This document shows positions 60,178 through 64,000 of a stretch of 64,000 nt of DNA, piece after piece. This DNA is from Alloascoidea hylecoeti. Its lineage: Eukaryota. How positions within the stretch are numbered: the first letter of the stretch is position 1; the number at the start of each line of letters is the position of its first letter. The notes beneath the pieces were generated by a model. The model did not search any database. It was given only the letters and a program-made list of their open reading frames with translations, and was not told where the DNA came from. The stretch is from positions 373,981 through 437,980 of the forward strand of contig BCKZ01000019.1 of assembly GCA_001600815.1 (NCBI GenBank), written 5' to 3'. Position numbers and translations under genes: made by a program.

Positions 60178-60221
60178 CCTAAATTTTTGTGAACTAAAAT
60201 TTTAGTTCACAAAAATTTAGG
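60178..60221. repeat. Perfect 44-bp palindrome with no spacer
   Basis: CCTAAATTTTTGTGAACTAAAATTTTAGTTCACAAAAATTTAGG equals its own reverse complement. Confidence 0.95.
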
Positions 60222-60476
60222 CCTTATCAGCCATCCATATAACTATTTTTCGCCCGGATTTGGCACCCGAAGTGTGATGTCCCTGCATATTAACATACCG
60301 GTAATATGCATGGTGCAGCCCAAAATTAGTTATGGGGATAGGTCAATAATTAGTAATCAGAAAGGCCTAAATTAAGTGGAATCATTGTTCGAAAATTTAA
60401 AAAAAATTAAAACATTAGAAGCTATATAATTATAAATCATTAAGTGGAGCCCGATAATGCCTTACACAGGCGCTCT

Positions 60477-61263
60477 CTATAGCAGCTCTTTCGCAGCTGC
60501 ACTAATGGGCCTTTTTGGGCTAGAAATTGATTTTCTTTTTTCATTCATTTCCTTTACTGAACCTTCTGTAATAATTCCAGTTGAAACGTTTGTTGTTACG
60601 CCAGTTAAGTACCTTGTAATTGTCAAAGGACTTGTCATATTCGTAGGTAAATAACTGATCTGGTTGTGGTTTAAGTGAGTAAAGTTGCTCTTATGCATGT
60701 TCACCTCCTCCGTGGGTCTAATTGTCTCATCTTTTTCGGCTGGCATCGCACACACTCCTTTAACTGCAATTCTTTTGATGGGTGGCTCTCTCAATTTGTA
60801 ATTCACCTTGCGCCACTTTCATTCTCATCCAGAATGTTTTCTTTATACTGTAGCTTGTTAAAGAAAACGGACGACAATTTACCGAATTTGATTACATTGT
60901 GATGCATTAATTAACGATAGACAGTAAAACATACAGCGAAAGTATCAAATGAAAAAAACTGATGAATCACCAATTTATCACATCGATTTCATCTAACTAA
61001 TTTCTTTACAGAGATTAATTTTTCAAATATTTGATACAGTGCGGATTTAACTACTGCTAAATTTGTTAGTCGATCCTCAAACTTTTGCCAATATTTCGTG
61101 CCTTGAATAAGCGTTTATCAGCGCTTAGTATTTTTCACCAAAATACAGCTATATTTCTAGCTGTCTCTAGAAGCGGAGTGTTTATGTTGATGTAATCTTG
61201 TAACTGAAGAGAATTAACATCTTCCGAAGTCCAATTCTCTTTTTTTGCACCCCACCTCGTCAT
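60477..61263 (-). mobile_element. pogo/Tigger (CENP-B-like, DDE_1) transposase relic
   Basis: HKSNFTHLNHNQISYLPTNMTSPL matches the DDE_1 pattern H..L.NI...FLPPNTTS.LQP; upstream TPLLETARNIAVFW..LFKARNIG resembles the CENP-B HTH. Interrupted by stops. Confidence 0.65.
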
Positions 61264-64000
61264 CAATTTATAGCCTAGCTAATACTATGGAATGTCAAAA
61301 TTTGAGATCTTAATATCGATCTTACGTGAACAGACTTTCATTATAATTTTAATGTTTTACTTTAACTAATTTTATAAGTTTACACATGTATAAGGTATAT
61401 TATATAAATAAGCTTATATCGGTTCGTAAATTCAATCTCAGATATATAATAACTCTCGCACAAATACCGTACAGATTCGCGACCATAATCATATTATATT
61501 TTCATATTTTAAATTTGATTTATTAATATTTCTATGGAACAGTTAAATTGGCTTGGATAATTGTAGTTTTGGCTCTGAGCAGCTGGATAAATGTAGCAAC
61601 TCATGATCGGTTTTCAAGTGACAGCTGCAGTTTTAGAATAATCTTTTTCTACATTCTCAATTTATACCTTATATGTGTTTACTATGATCAGTGAAAACAT
61701 ACGGCTTCTAATAATTGGTTCGCGAGATCCTCAGGGGTTTACAGCACGAGGCGTTACACATCGCTCTCAAGGATGCTTCATTGGCAAGAATTGCTTCTCT
61801 GGAAACATATTTCAGATTTATTTTTTTATTCTTATACATATTAATGATAAAGTTAACCTTCGGTTACCTGTGACAGTTCCCTTTCAATTTCAACCGCCAG
61901 AACTGTTAAGCAGTTGCTGTTATAATCCCTCTTGGGGCATTTTATACAAATATCTGTTTATTTACTATCCTTGATAATTATGTATAATATATTACTTTAT
62001 AACTGACCTCAATCCAAATCATGATCAATTCATCATACTAAAACAGTGCTTCTTTTAAACTAATCCATATGTCTAATTAAAGCATAATTTCAAACACTAA
62101 AAAGCAGAATTCTCCTTTAATTTGTATGGATCAAATAAATCTTTTGATCAACAAATATAAATTATATAAGAATTTAAATGCATATGGCATATGCATAATA
62201 TACTTACACCACCCACGTGTATTTAGTTTAACAGTTGATTGATTAATTATCTATATCTATATCTATTTATATAACGTAATTATTGAAATGTTAGAAGTTT
62301 ATGAAATTGCTTCAGGTAGCTAAGTTGATTCAATAAAATATAGATGCCGAACTTAAAACTTCAGCATTAGGGTCCTCTATAACGAGTCATATTTTTATTT
62401 CTAACAAGATTTATTATTGACCCAAGAGTTAGAAAACTCAATTGTAAATTTAAAAATCAAGCAATTTTTATTAAAACGTATAAATGATCCAATGGTAATT
62501 ATAAATTAACACTTATACCGGTATTGAGATGCTGATTATTTGAGCAATCTAGTTGTAGTACGGACGTTTAGCACCTATATTTAGTTTTCTTTACAGAATT
62601 ACATACTTTCCTATTGAATTATGTTCTTTTGTTTTTGTTCACTTACTACCGAATTGTTAGCTTGCTATTAATCCTTTTGATGATCTTCCACGTGTTCTAA
62701 TTGACTACTTAAATCATTAACTTCGTGTTCGATCTAGTATACTATCAACGAACGCATGATACCAAACCAAATAAGGTGAATTTAGGTCCAAATTCAGGAT
62801 ATTAGCCTTAAGATATAGATGTATAATATAGCCTCTTTGATTTATGGTTTTATGGTTTTATGAATTTTTGAATATTGTTCAACTTTTGGAGAACGACCTG
62901 TGGAAACTTTTAATCAAGGTGTTTCTCCTGTGGTGTTGTGTAACAAAATACAATAAGAATAAGAATAAGTCTTACATTCGTAACTTTAGCTGCATATACT
63001 TTATTGCTTTCTTAGTTTAATTTGGGGATCTACATGTATACCTTTAAATTAGTATTAATATTATGTGGAGTAAGTTTAGCTATAAATATAAATTCCTATA
63101 ATTGATCGGCTGTTAATTATTGCGTATTAATGATTTTTTATTAATTTGTTATTTCTATTTCTATTCGGAATATATAATTTTCCGGATTTTTTATAATAAA
63201 CAACATATTTTATAGAACTCATTCATTTATCATTACTGATAAATAATGCCAAAGCCTTTCGGTTATTTATTATTGTGATTGAGAATTAGAAGAATCTTGA
63301 TGGAGATTGTACAATTGAGATCTCTATTAACTGTCTTAACCTGAAGATACATATTTTACCTTTGACATGATCACCTCTCTATTGCAATTAGTTGCTGCTT
63401 TATTATAGCATAATTAACATTAGTACTAGTGGGCCTTCAGTTGATCCCTGACAGCAAGAATAAAACCTTTCAGAACCTTCTTTATTGATAAAGCTTACGG
63501 ATTTAAAGTTTAGGTTCACTTATAATGCCCCACATGGGGTGTGCGGAATAGTAGTTGATATAGAGAGCGCTAGAATTGTAATATCGACCTCTTTATATTC
63601 GCCCACATTTGAGTAAGTATTCGCCTACTGTTTGATAAAAATGATACATTAATATTATAATTAATAGTATCTTGGAGCCCACGTCCACATAATAGATAAT
63701 TATAATTAATTATTAACGGAATTCAACATCTATTATACATATTACATAGATCTAGATCTAGAACAGTAAAGACAAATAAGACGTTAACCAAAAATTTATT
63801 TAATTAATATCATAATTAAGATATAGACAGAAGTTATATGGTTATATATTAGTTATTCATAAATCTAATCAATCAGATTTAATATTAATTAAAAATAAAA
63901 GGCTCTAGCTAGATCAAGTTTAATACTCCGGTATTAATATTAATGATTTATATCATAATAAAATAAAAATAAAAAAAGGAAGAAAAATCCCCATATATAT

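Overview
AT-rich eukaryotic DNA from a budding-yeast-like fungus (Saccharomycotina, judged by resemblance to yeast orthologues from memory); I cannot identify the species. It is intron-rich for a yeast, with about 11 introns readable by eye. Housekeeping genes: SGF73, ARF1, NTH1, YRB1, SOK1, SFK1, a Zn2Cys6 transcription factor, an SDR polyol dehydrogenase, VRG4, a securin-like ORF, a ZIP transporter, COX10, YVH1 and CDC60. Unusual content: (1) an intact 1362-aa NLR-type STAND protein (helical N-terminus, NB-ARC, TPR repeats) with an acidic tail carrying eight PYP motifs, followed by a small orphan ORF with an internal repeat; (2) a tandem triplet of divergent secreted ML/NPC2-like genes; (3) a 7-exon stand-alone PGAP2/Cwh43-N-like gene missed by the ORF track; (4) a gene-poor stretch (about 19.3-34 kb) with decayed Tc1 and Ty3/gypsy relics and a long hairpin; (5) a dienelactone hydrolase pseudogene, a pogo relic and a perfect 44-bp palindrome. 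All family calls come from manual motif recognition, not database searches.
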